Both the position numbers and the translations under genes were made by a program. 15,683 bases of DNA from assembly GCA_054661495.1 (NCBI GenBank), contig BAAFSQ010000231.1, forward strand, positions 1-15,683, written 5' to 3'. Below the pieces are notes generated by a model that worked only from the letters and a program-made list of their open reading frames with translations, had not been told where the DNA came from and searched no databases. How positions within the stretch are numbered: position 1 is the stretch's first letter; each line of letters begins with the position of its first letter. The stretch comes from Zygophlyctis sp. KS116 (Eukaryota; Fungi; Chytridiomycota). Below, in pieces: positions 1 to 10,753 of the stretch.

Positions 1-127
1 GAGAGAAGAGTAACCAGATCCCAATCAGTTGGGCCTAGCCGTCTACCAGTAGCAACAAGGGCTACAAATCCAAACACTCAAAAGCTCACTAGGTTATGTA
101 TGAGGAGTTATCTCTCGCAGGTTTTAA
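1..127 (+). CDS. 3' end of an unknown gene entering from the left (ERRVTRSQSVGPSRLPVATRATNPNTQKLTRF*)
   Basis: Frame 1 is open from base 1. A candidate 28-nt intron at 93..120 (gttatg...cgcag) gives AG|G TTT TAA ending at 127; unspliced, the frame stops at TAG 160..162. No recognisable domain. Confidence 0.4.
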
Positions 128-130
128 ATT

Positions 131-2791
131 TTATTTCTCTTCTAGGTCAGGGTCCAAGTTAGAGTCTTCCCATCGGACAAGTGGGACTTGAATGTCAATC
201 TCTTCTTCTCCTAAAACTTGTTCCCCTCCATCATCAAGTACAACACGTGTATTTCCCCATGAGAAATCATCAAAGTGCCAAAAGGAATACAACTACATTT
301 TAAACAAGTAAAAATACAGGAAGAAAAAATGAAAATAATGGCATCGCCATAATATGTATAATCATCCATCCAATATGTTGCCATTCTCGTTTAAGGATAA
401 ATATAATAATTTGAAGTCCATATATAGACGCAATCATTATCAAGGATACAATTGGAATGGCATGGTCTTCATCAGTAACAGTTGAATAAATCAAATATGC
501 TACATATACCAATCCGGCTGGTTGAACTGCAGTAGCAAATAAATCCATAAAAACTATAAAGCGCATTGAAAATATTGAGAAGCCACACATGTCTTTGAGC
601 ATTACTAATTCAAAAAGATTATGGATGGTGGAATTTATCCATCTTCGGCGTTGAGAAATTAATATATTCCATTTCTCGGGTACAACAGTCAAGGCTTTGG
701 CATCTTGGGTAAAGTTGAGTTTTTTTCCTGGAAAGAATTTCATCATGAGTGTTGTTAAATATCGGTCTTCTCCTAATGTAAGCAGATTTTTAAGATGGAG
801 TGTATTGATATTGATGATTCCATACTCTTTAATAATACTTTTATGGATAATAATGGGCAAAGTATCATCTGGGCTTTTTATACGATACATACAAAAACAT
901 CCAGGTAAACAGGTTACACTACCAAAAAGTGATTCAAAAGCTTTAGCCATATGATGAGATATGAAATATTCATAGACTTGAATCATTGTTACCCATGAAT
1001 CATCTTCATTTTTAATAAGAGTTTCTCCACAAATTCCAATAATTCTAGAGTCTTGAACTAAACATGATACCATTCGGTTAATAGAATCGCTGTATATTTC
1101 AGTGTCTGCATCTACCTAGAATTTAGATGATGTTAGATTTACCCACAAGATAAATTCAAAGAATTCCGGACGAAATCCAATCACATTCTGGACATGATCA
1201 TAAAGTTCCAATTCAAGAGGACACATGGGCTCTTTGAAATATACACGAGAAAGAAACTGTAACAGAATCATTTGAGAGTCTCGTTTTCCCCGATTTCCAG
1301 ACTTGTGAGTTTCAAATCCATTTCCAATTTTAGCAACTACAATATACGGTACATACGTCCCTTCAACATGGTATAGACCACTATATATTTTGCCCCTGTT
1401 GTATTGCTTAGATCCTTCCGCTAAAGACTGAAACCATTGAGGTTCTGGATCTTCTCCATCCCATCCGAGTACGTTTAAAACTATGCTTGGTGTTGGCAGA
1501 TCGTTTCCTGCACCAGTAATCATTCCATCTGCAATAATAAACATCAGCTTTCTTTTTGAATCGTATCGACTTAATGCAAATGATTGGAAAGTTTTGGTTA
1601 AAGATTCAACACCCTCTGTATAGCACGGAATACAACAAATAACAAACTTGTCGTGTTCTTCGGGGTCTCTATGAGCTGAAAATTGAAGAGCAGCAATGAA
1701 TTTAACTCCAATAATCGCCACTAAAATAGCTGTACTTACTAAAAGCATCCAATTTGAGAATTGGCACTGTGGGCTATTTCTACTATCCACTACTCCAGTG
1801 AATAATAATCCATCCATACATTTCTAGCTATTAAATCCAGAGTCAAAGTACCATATACTTTGCCCACTGCACCTTCCCTTCTGATTCTTTAATTTTTTCA
1901 ATAAACTGAGTTGCATCACTCCCAGTTCTTCCCAGATTTGTGAATATCTTTTTTAAGTTATCTCCTTGAATGATTATTAATCAAAATACCCAAAAAGTTA
2001 GCTTTTGATCCTTCAGCCATATATGTACTTGCATCATAAACCTTTCCATATGCAATAATAATGAAATTGTTTGGATTTTTCAAATAATCATCAATCCAAG
2101 CTTTATCACGAGCGATTTGTCCCTTTATCATACTCTTGATCATTGCAATGTAGTCTATAGATTTACCAGCTGCATCCTTCCCATTATGAAACATCCAGAC
2201 TGTTAATGACTTATCTGGTACGTTTCGAACTATATTATCCCAACCTGATGGCTGAGAAAGCCCTGGACAATATGTGTTCCAATGACTAGTTTTAAAGAAC
2301 ATTGGCGAGACATCTTGACCCAAAACATGTTTTTCCATAGCTTGTTCATTGATCCACATATTATCAGTGACATGATTCTTTATAATTGGTGGGATTTTGT
2401 AATAATTCCCATAAATTCCTACATATGGGTCATTGATTGAGTTTCTTCCATCTAATTCCCCCTGACTTAACAAATTGACTTTTGGGCAAATGATCCTTCC
2501 TATAAATTAGCATGATGCGGGTTGAAGGATTTCATCAGATAAAGTCGTACCGAGGCCAATAATATAAAACAATAGCAACGCACAGCAAAACATGATTATA
2601 ATGCACAATGCAACCTTTTCTCTCCATGCCATGATAACTTCAGAGTTGACCATTTTCCCTATTTTATGAATGCAACAAGTTGGGATCCACCATGTCAAAC
2701 TCCATGTCAAACATTTCCACTGACGTCGCTGTAGCGTTTCTTTGGCTCTCGGTACCTTTGGTTTTGGATCATCCAGTTCTATTTGTTCCAT
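131..2791 (-). CDS. chs: Chitin synthase, division 2 (class V/VII-like core, cytochrome-b5-like region, no myosin motor), about 834 aa; complement(join(131..292,318..1115,1143..1823,1852..1964,1990..2499,2551..2791))
   Basis: Motifs [22 protein letters not shown]|[27 protein letters not shown] and [15 protein letters not shown]. Five GT-AG introns (25, 27, 28, 25 and 51 nt) restore one frame of 835 codons. Confidence 0.96.
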
Positions 2792-2912
2792 AACTTTCAA
2801 TAATAAGTGTGGGAATAGTATATCTCATGCCATTTTTATATCATGGGTAAAACTTAAATTCGTCCGATGGCATTTCATGGAATTCATGGCATCAAATGCA
2901 AACGGCCGGGAG

Positions 2913-2936
2913 TTACGTGATGTGATGATTACGTCA
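2913..2936. promoter_or_regulatory. ATF/CREB (CRE)-like sites TTACGTGA (2913..2920) and TTACGTCA (2929..2936) in the 169-bp divergent chs/PKA spacer
   Basis: TTACGTCA matches the fungal ATF/CREB consensus T(G/T)ACGT(C/A)A and the other is a one-mismatch variant. They lie 24-48 nt upstream of the PKA ATG. Confidence 0.4.
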
Positions 2937-2960
2937 CTGCGACTTGTTAAAACCTCCTAA

Positions 2961-4044
2961 ATGGCAGAACTCAAGGGAGCAACAAAATCTGTTAGCGGAG
3001 GAGATTTAATTAAAAGTCTCCCTGGATTGCCAAAAAAACTTGTTTTGAATGACTTTGTTGTTGGAAGAACGATTGGAACTGGAAGTTTCGGACGAGTCCA
3101 TATGGTAAAAGATAAAGTATCAAATCAATATTATGCTATGAAGGCACTTATCAAATCAGAAGTAATCCAGAATAGACAAGTAGAACATACAATCAATGAA
3201 AAAAATATTCTAGAACTGATAGATCATCCATTTGTAGTCAAATTAATAACTACATTCCAGGACTCAAAGCATTTATTCTTTGTTCTAGAATATATACAAG
3301 GAGGAGAGCTATTCACATATTTAAGAAAATGTGGGTCTTTTCCAAATCATATAGCGAGATTTTATGCAGCACAAGTATGTTCTGCATTTGAATATTTACA
3401 TTCTAAAAACATTGTTTATCGCGATTTGAAGCCAGAAGTAATTCAAAAATCTAATTCATAATAGAATTGTTTAATTGATAAAAGTGGTAACTTAAAAGTT
3501 ACAGACTTTGGGTTTGGTAAAGTTGTTAATGGATTTACATGGACTCTTTGTGGAACTCCAGACTATATTGCGCCTGAAATAGTTCAGTCCAAAGGTTATG
3601 GTAAAGCAGTGGATTGGTGGTCATTTGGTGTCTTAATTTATGAAGTAAAGTTATTAGAATATTTTCTAAATTTAGATGACTGCTGGATATACTCCATTCT
3701 ATGATGATGATGCTTGCAGATTATTTGAAAATATAATAGCATGCAAACCAAAATTCCCTTCAAATTTTGATCCAAACGCAAAAGATCTTGTAAAACGATT
3801 ATTGACCACAGATCTTACAAAGCGTTTTGGTAATCTCAAGAATGGAGTTGAAGATATTAAAAAACACAAATGGTTTGCTGCAATAGATTGGGCTAAACTT
3901 GTAAAGATGGAACTTACTCCACCATATGTTCCAGCAATTAAAGGCGAAGGCGATACTTCTCAGTTTGATAAATATGATGAAAATCACGAACCATATGGAT
4001 CCAATGCTCCAGATCCTCACAGCAGTAAATTTGCCGAATTTTAA
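2961..4044 (+). CDS. pkaC: cAMP-dependent protein kinase catalytic subunit, about 341 aa; join(2961..3437,3465..3644,3676..4044)
   Basis: [79 protein letters not shown] and a C-terminal FxxF (FAEF). Introns of 27 nt (3438..3464) and 31 nt (3645..3675). Confidence 0.97.
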
Positions 4045-4090
4045 TACAGCATTGTTGTATTATAATATACTTAGCCTTACCAATAGTCTG

Positions 4091-4612
4091 ATGACATCTA
4101 ATCATATTGAACTTGATCCACTCATTGATTTCCCCGTCCAAAACAAGTCTCTCGCCGATGAAAAGGTGGCGCTATCAGTAACGAAAATGGTGAATGTAAA
4201 TATATTTTGGTTCTCATACCAACTATTTTGGTTCTTGTTATTAATTGTTATCATGCCCAAACATATTGAAATGATCATGGGTAATGAATGGGTAAGTAAT
4301 CTAGTAGTTTGATTGCAGAAAGGGACGGGACTAGCAATTGTAAGTATTGTCTCTGGCTGCTTCAACTTGTTTCTAGCAGTTATTTTCCATATAACGGTTT
4401 AATTGCAGATGTGACCCCAGAGTTTCAGAAAAGTAAAATGTCAGCTATACAAGAGGTGATGCATCAGAGGCAAAAAATATATCGATTTGGCATTCTGCAA
4501 TGTCTTGCCTCAGATAATTGCAACTCCGATTGCAGGATATATTCGAGATTGTTTTGAATTTCTAGGAAAAGGCAACATTGAAAAGTCATCTTTCCTATAT
4601 AGGATAGTCTAA
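4091..4612 (+). pseudogene. Internally deleted, frameshifted MFS transporter remnant
   Basis: Four segments joined by three frame changes: TM1-TM2 (IFWFSYQLFWFLLLIVIMP...W|KGTGLAIVSIVSGCFNLFLAV, 27-nt intron 4292..4318); YFPYNGLIADVTPEFQKSKMSAI (4381..4449); RGDASEAKNISIWHSAM (4452..4502); VLPQIIATPIAGYIRDCF (4502 to stop 4612). These resemble the TM4/5 and TM10/11 regions of MFS carriers. Confidence 0.72.
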
Positions 4613-4657
4613 CATTTTATTAGGTGCTGAAATGACTGGAAGGATTCACGGTATGGC

Positions 4658-6729
4658 CTAAGCTGGAGGGAGAGGCTCCATCTCTCCAAAATCCAATGAT
4701 TTCCGTTTTGTTTGCGTCTTTCTCTTGTTACTATCTAATTCTTTTTTTCTGCATCTCAAAACTGTTGGTGTGATTTCAATTACTTCGTCGTCTTGGATAT
4801 ATGAAATCAATTGCTCTAACGAAAATGAGGTACTGGGTGATAGTCGAACGGCATCTTCCTTTCCAGCAGCACGGAAATTGGTTAGAGCTTTTGCTTTTAC
4901 TGGGTTTACTTCTAAATCATTTTCTCTACTATGCTCTCCAATAATCATACCAGGATACACTTTTGCGCCCGGTTCAATGAAAAGTTTTCCTCTAAGTCTA
5001 AATTATCAATAAAATACCTAGGCTCTATATCTTTTAAAGTATATGCTGTCGCTTCTCCAGAGCTCATAGATATTATTGACCCCTTTCGAGTTTTTTCGAT
5101 TGGTCCCTTAAACGGCTCATATCCAATGAACATGTGATTCAAAATACCCTGACCATGAGTATCATTTTTGAACTCAGAAGGATAACCAAGAAGCCCGCGA
5201 GTGGGAATGTGAAAGACCAGTTTTGCACGATCAGTTGACTCAGCAAAGCTTTTCATATCACCCTTTCGTTTAGACATCTTTTCTATAATTATTCCACAAA
5301 ATTCAAGATCTACTTCCATTGTAACTTCTTCGATTGGTTCATGAACTACTCGATTTTTCCCTTCACCTCTATATTTATATAGCACTCGAGGAGGGGACAC
5401 GGAAAGTTCAAAACCTTCACGCCTCATTGTTTCAATCAGGACTCCCATCTGTAATTCTCCTCTTCCTTTAACCTCGAATGCATCATCCGCTTCTCGTATT
5501 TGTAAAGCGATATTAGTTTCGGCTTCCTTAAAAAGACGATCTCTTACATTTTGGGAGGTGAGATATTTTCCTTCTCGACCACCCAAGGGTGAATCGTTGA
5601 CAAAAAATGACATTGCAATAGTAGGAGAATCAATTTGAGAGAACTAAATTTTAAGTTATATTATACTTACTGGAAGGGGGTTCTCAACTACCGGATCACA
5701 CATCGTTTGATTGATCATGGCACCTTCAATACCCGCAACTGATACGATATCCCCTGCACCGGCTTCTTCAATAGCTATTTGTTTTAAGCCCTGACGAAGG
5801 AAAATCCTTTGACATTTTCCTTCCCCAATTAATTTTCTATTTCCATCAATCGCCTTTATTTTATCCCCAATCTTTAAAGTTCCAGACTGAATTTTACCCA
5901 TGTAGCATTTTCCAACATACGGATCATTTTCAACTTGCGTAATTAACATTGAAAATGGATCATTTCTATTTCCATTTGGTGGAGGAACAAATGAAATTAT
6001 CTTATCCAAAAGAGGATAAATTGATTCAGACTTTTCAGTTGGACTTTCCGAGGCCCAACCTTCCTTTGCAGAAGCGTATAAGACGGGATAATCTAATTGT
6101 TCATCCGAGGCATCAAGATTGACAAAAAGTTCCAGCAAATCTAGTCAATTAATTTGACCAAATATATACCATTCTCAACACCTTCGACTCTAGCTGTTGG
6201 GCGATCAACCTTATTGAGAATCACTAAAGGTTTCAACTTTTGTTCTAATGCTTTTGTCAATACAAACTTTGTTTGGGTCATTGGACCCTCAGTTGCACAA
6301 ACTACCAAACAGACTCCATCAACCATTGAAAGAATTCGCTCCACTTCCCCACCGAAATCAGCATGTCCTAAAGTTTCGACAGTATTGAAGTACCTGGAGT
6401 ATCTACTATATTTATCCTCGTTCCCTTGTAATTAATGCTTGTGCATTTTGAGAGAATAGTGATTCCTCTTTCTTTTTCCAATGCATTAGAATCCATGGCT
6501 CTTTCATTCAACTTTGAACTTTCACCCGACTGCTGCAGGAATTGATCAACGAGAGTTGTTTTACCATGATCTACATGCGCCTATTGAGATTAGCAGTTAT
6601 AATTACAATGATTGCTAGCTAAAGTGTTAAGATAATAAATATTACATTGCGGATTTTGGATTGATCAATGATACCGACTGCATTGGTAGAGTATCGTTTA
6701 AAGATTTGTGGCACTCGGCGGAAAATCAT
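4658..6729 (-). CDS. typA: Translational GTPase TypA/BipA, probably mitochondrial, about 636 aa; complement(join(4658..4991,5018..5643,5671..6140,6170..6367,6394..6580,6607..6618,6646..6729))
   Basis: IRN|LAII|[24 protein letters not shown]|[66 protein letters not shown]. Six introns (26-29 nt) give one frame of 637 codons. The N-terminus [15 protein letters not shown] is basic with no acidic residues. Confidence 0.96.
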
Positions 6730-6767
6730 CGAGGGTCAGGTTAATAACAAGGTCGGTGCTAAATTAT

Positions 6768-8236
6768 CTATTTCATGTTGTTAAACGTTGCGGTCACTTT
6801 CGGACGAGCTGAAGAGCTGCTAGAATGTGTGCTTGCTGTTCCATATTTAAGATCATCATTTTTAAATTTGCGAGCTGACTTTTTTTGTTTTGAAAACTGA
6901 GATGCCGGAGTAATCCTTACACTATCGAAAGCGTTTGGTGATGGCGGGTACTCTGAGTAAATGGAAGAAGTAGTTGATTCAATGGGTGAAATTGGAGACA
7001 TTACAAAAGAAGGAATTCCATCAGATTTACCAGGACTTGGGAAATCTTTAACAGTCGAACGGCCTTGATTTTCGGCATCTGACGGATCCGTTCTCGATAT
7101 TCTGACAGAATTGTATACATCTTCAATGTTACGGTGCTTGGTTGGTGATGGTTTTGTGATTTTGACTGTATCGTAAAGACTTTGAGTATAAGATCGAGCC
7201 TTTGTTGGGATATTAATAACTATATCACTATCAGGCCTATCAATGATTGGTATAAGTTTGGAGCTGTAAAGTGACACAGCTTTGGGTTTTTGATCCTCTT
7301 TGGTAAGAGAAGATTCCCTGATAGAATGAAATATTTCACCACTAGATTTGTCAGCATCAGTGCCATCAATAGATCCAAGACAGTTTAATGGAAAACTTCC
7401 TTCGTTTTCTGTCGTTATGTTGATACCAAATCCCCATCCATCGTCAAACTTTGCCTTGACTATTATAATATCACCCATTTGCAGTTTTATTTCATCGATT
7501 AGTACAGGATGATAGTTTTGTATAACTTTCATAGTATCTTGATCCTGTGTATTATTTGAAGTGATTTGCTGGTGCCTACGACGATAAACCCATATTAAAG
7601 CACAAATTAGTAAAAGTAGACAAAAAGCGCCCATAGAAAGTCCGATTGCCAGATTTCTATTTGTAGGAGAGTTTGGTTGTGTGTTATTGGCGCTGCAGCA
7701 GCTATCTTGCGGATTGATATTTGTACAGTAGTTAGTAGCTTCATTTTGGCCTACGAATCCTATATAATTAATAATATATGTTTCCTACCACACTGTTGCC
7801 GTTCTGCAAAAAAGCCAGAAAAACAGCCATCTTCATTGGTCCGGGAATTGACCATTGCCAAATAATTATCCATTCTACTAGTGAAAGATTTTGAACATTG
7901 ATTTTTAATTAAATAATCATCAAAGGACTTTTTCGCTGTCTCTACAATATTTTTACATAGAATTGGGACTTGTTTTGTATTATTGCAGTTCTTGGCTTGA
8001 TCAGCGACAATCGATGCAATATATGCACTTGAGAAATATCTGACTTGGCCATAGTCATCATTTTTTGAGCAATTGAATGCACTTCTACCATTTTTTGCAG
8101 CAGTTCCCAGTTGCTTAAAGTATGTTTCTAGAGCTGCTTGATTTCTCACATTTGGTAATGCTATCATAATGTCATTATACTCTGCAAGAATTGTAGAGTT
8201 AACAACCTGAAAGCAAGAACCAGAGCTAGCACTCAT
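6768..8236 (-). CDS. Paralog A: Cys-rich ectodomain, one TM, SH3, long Ser/Pro-rich tail, about 479 aa; complement(join(6768..7759,7789..8236))
   Basis: A 29-nt phase-1 intron at 7760..7788 joins QQC-G-FVGQNEATNYC. TM LAIGLSMGAFCLLLLICALIWVY followed by RRR. SH3 MKVIQNYHPVLIDEIKLQMGD...FDDGWGFG...EGSFPLNCL. Confidence 0.88.
7801..8071. repeat. 271-nt direct repeat; second copy at 10249..10519 (exon 1 of paralogs A and C)
   Basis: Manual alignment at offset 2448 shows a single mismatch (7873 t versus 10321 a). Confidence 0.9.
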
Positions 8237-8255
8237 TTTATTTTTTCTTAGTTAT

Positions 8256-8294
8256 CTATAAATAGTTACGAGTAGATAGGATTACTAAAAATAG
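8256..8294. promoter_or_regulatory. Two CTA(W)4TAG (MEF2/Rlm1-type) boxes upstream of paralog A: CTATAAATAG 8256..8265 and CTAAAAATAG 8285..8294
   Basis: Exact consensus matches; the proximal box is 19 nt from the ATG. Confidence 0.55.
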
Positions 8295-8623
8295 AGCGGC
8301 AGTTTCAGTGGCCGCTTCTCACTTTACTTATCTCATACTCAGGACGATCAGCATCAGATATTCATCGAAACCTTTTTACTTAGCTATTACGGGCTACAAT
8401 GAGATATCCCTAAAACGTCTGAACAGGCCTTTTTGTCGCTCATTCAATTGGATATAATAGTAATTAATTTATCATTCTCATTCTCAGTATTTTGTGTTTT
8501 TCACATGATTAAATGTCTTGAAAAACTAGTATAAATCTGTGCAAAATTTATTTGTAATGATCTTATGTCGCATACTAGTGTGGCAGGACTTGGTTGATAA
8601 AATACTACAAGTCCGCTCCCCGA

Positions 8624-9592
8624 TTATTTTTTAAGTGAAGACATCCTTGCCGAATGAGAAGTGATCTCAATATCTTTTATGTATGAATTCTTCCGAACAT
8701 CTTGTTGAATAGATCCAAGACAGTTCAATGGGAAACTTCCTTCACTTTCTGTGGTTGTGTTGACCCCGAATCCCCATCCATCGTCAAACTTTGCCTTGAC
8801 CAAAATAAGATCACCCATGTTCAGCTGAACTTCATCTATTAATGCAGGGAAATATTCTTTGATTACTTTCATGGTTTCTTGATTGTAGCTAGATTTCTTG
8901 AAAATATTTGGTAAAAGATTGCGACGATACATCCAAATTAAAAATCCACAAAATAGCAAAATAACTGTTCCAGCTGATAGTCCGATTAAAAGATTTCTAT
9001 TCAAAGTAGAATGAGATTGTATCGGGAGGGATTTGCAGCAACTGTCTCGCGGATTAATATTTGTACAATAGTTAATGGCATCATTTTTGCCCATGAATCC
9101 TATATATTAATGCTGATATATTATACCACACTGTTGTTCTTCTATATAAAAGCCAGAGAAACATCGGGGCTGGTTCCCCTGTCCGATAATCAAATCTAAA
9201 TAGCTTTTTGAAGCTTCTACATATTGTCCCGTACACTGGTTCCTAGATACAAAATCATCAAATGTCTTCTTTGCTATTTCAGTGATATTTTTACATAATA
9301 TTGGGAATTGTTTTGTGTTACTGCAATTCTTGGCATGGATTTCCAGAACAGAAGTTATATAAGCACTTGAGAAATATCGGACTTGACCATAATCATCATT
9401 CTTTAAGCAATTGAATGCATCTTTTCCATTTTCCATTGTGTAGCCCAGATCTTTAAAATATGATTCCAGAGATGCTTGGTTTTTTATGTCTTCTGTTGAA
9501 TTGCTTATCAGAATATCATTAAATTCTGGGAGTAGTTTAGAATTCCTAACAGGAAAACAAGTACTATCAGAGGGCTGATTAGATGGATTCAT
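8624..9592 (-). CDS. Paralog B: Cys-rich ectodomain, TM, SH3, short tail, about 313 aa; complement(join(8624..9099,9127..9592))
   Basis: 27-nt phase-1 intron at 9100..9126, at the same QQC-G position as in A. TM LLIGLSAGTVILLFCGFLIWMY followed by RR. SH3 with FDDGWGFG and EGSFPLNCL. Confidence 0.88.
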
Positions 9593-9611
9593 TTATCCTA
9601 TAAACACTAGT

Positions 9612-9647
9612 CTATTAATAGTACTTATGGCTCATTGCTATATATAG
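9612..9647. promoter_or_regulatory. Two CTA(W)4TAG boxes upstream of paralog B: CTATTAATAG 9612..9621 and CTATATATAG 9638..9647
   Basis: Exact consensus matches; the proximal box is 19 nt from the ATG. Confidence 0.55.
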
Positions 9648-9768
9648 CCGCGCAACCAAATCATTAAAGGTAAAACAATACGGTCTTAATCATTTTTAAT
9701 ATACTGCATTATGATTCTATGATGATTACTTAGTCTAATTCTTTAAGAGATAACCGGAAGAAATTAAT

Positions 9769-10690
9769 TTAAAAGCTACACTGACTTGAGGGTGAACTGA
9801 ATTGGAGCTGAAGCTTTATATTTGAATGTTTAGGCGATTCTTTTGGTTGAATTTGTCCTGTAGGCGAACTTATTGCATTAGTTTTCAAAGATTGATGGTT
9901 CAAGGCATATTCGAGGCGTTTCATCCGACGATACATTACAAGTAAAATGCCGCATAGTAAAAGTAATACGAAGAGGCATATTGACAGACCGATTATTAGA
10001 TTTTTATCTTGCGAGGGGGTTGATTCTGAATTTACATTAGTTGTTTTTGGACTTGTAAGATTTTTTTGTGGAGCCATTGGTGATTTGGGATTAAAATGAC
10101 CATTCTCTACGGTAGGTTTTGATGTTGTGTTAACGATGCTGCAGCAGCTATCTTGTGGATTGGTATTTATACAGTAGTTAAAAGCTTCATTTTGGCCTAT
10201 GAATCCTGTAGTATTAAAATTCATAGTAATTCATACCACATAATCGCTGTTCTGCAAAAAAGCCAGAAAAACAGCCATCTTCATTGGTCCGGGAATTGAC
10301 CATTGCCAAATAATTATCCAATCTACTAGTGAAAGATTTTGAACATTGATTTTTAATTAAATAATCATCAAAGGACTTTTTCGCTGTCTCTACAATATTT
10401 TTACATAGAATTGGGACTTGTTTTGTATTATTGCAGTTCTTGGCTTGATCAGCGACAATCGATGCAATATATGCACTTGAGAAATATCTGACTTGGCCAT
10501 AGTCATCATTTTTTGAGCATTGGAATGCACTTCTACCATTTTTTGCAGCAGTTCCCAGTTGCTTAAAGAACGTTTCTAGAGCTGTTTGATTTCTCACATT
10601 TGGTAATGCATCACTTATCATAATGTCATCATACTCTGCAAGAATGGGAGAGTTAACAACCTGAAAGCAATTACCAGAGCTAGTGCTCAT
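9769..10690 (-). CDS. Paralog C: Cys-rich ectodomain, S/T/P stalk, TM, short SH3-less tail, about 296 aa; complement(join(9769..10205,10237..10690))
   Basis: 31-nt phase-1 intron at 10206..10236 at the shared position. Exon 1 is nearly identical to that of A. TM LIIGLSICLFVLLLLCGILLVMY followed by RR. No SH3 motifs. Confidence 0.85.
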
Positions 10691-10714
10691 TCTATATTTT
10701 CCTCTGTTCCTACT

Positions 10715-10753
10715 CTATTTTTAGATGGAATTGACTGTCCTGGCTTAAAATAG
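10715..10753. promoter_or_regulatory. CTATTTTTAG box (10715..10724) plus a one-mismatch box CTTAAAATAG (10744..10753) upstream of paralog C
   Basis: Exact match 24 nt from the ATG. The second box is offset by 29 nt, as in A. Confidence 0.5.

Noticed and set aside
3666-3675. CTAAATTTAG match to the MEF2/Rlm1 consensus
   Set aside because: It is the branch-point/acceptor end of PKA intron 2. It is noted as a caveat showing that intron ends can mimic the box.
4658-6729. typA as bacterial contamination or part of a prokaryotic operon
   Set aside because: It has six spliceosomal introns of the same size class as its neighbours and a presequence-like N-terminus.
8586-8614. Inverted repeat ggacttg...caagtcc just downstream of paralog B
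   Set aside because: Only a 7-bp stem, expected by chance, and not seen after the other paralogs.
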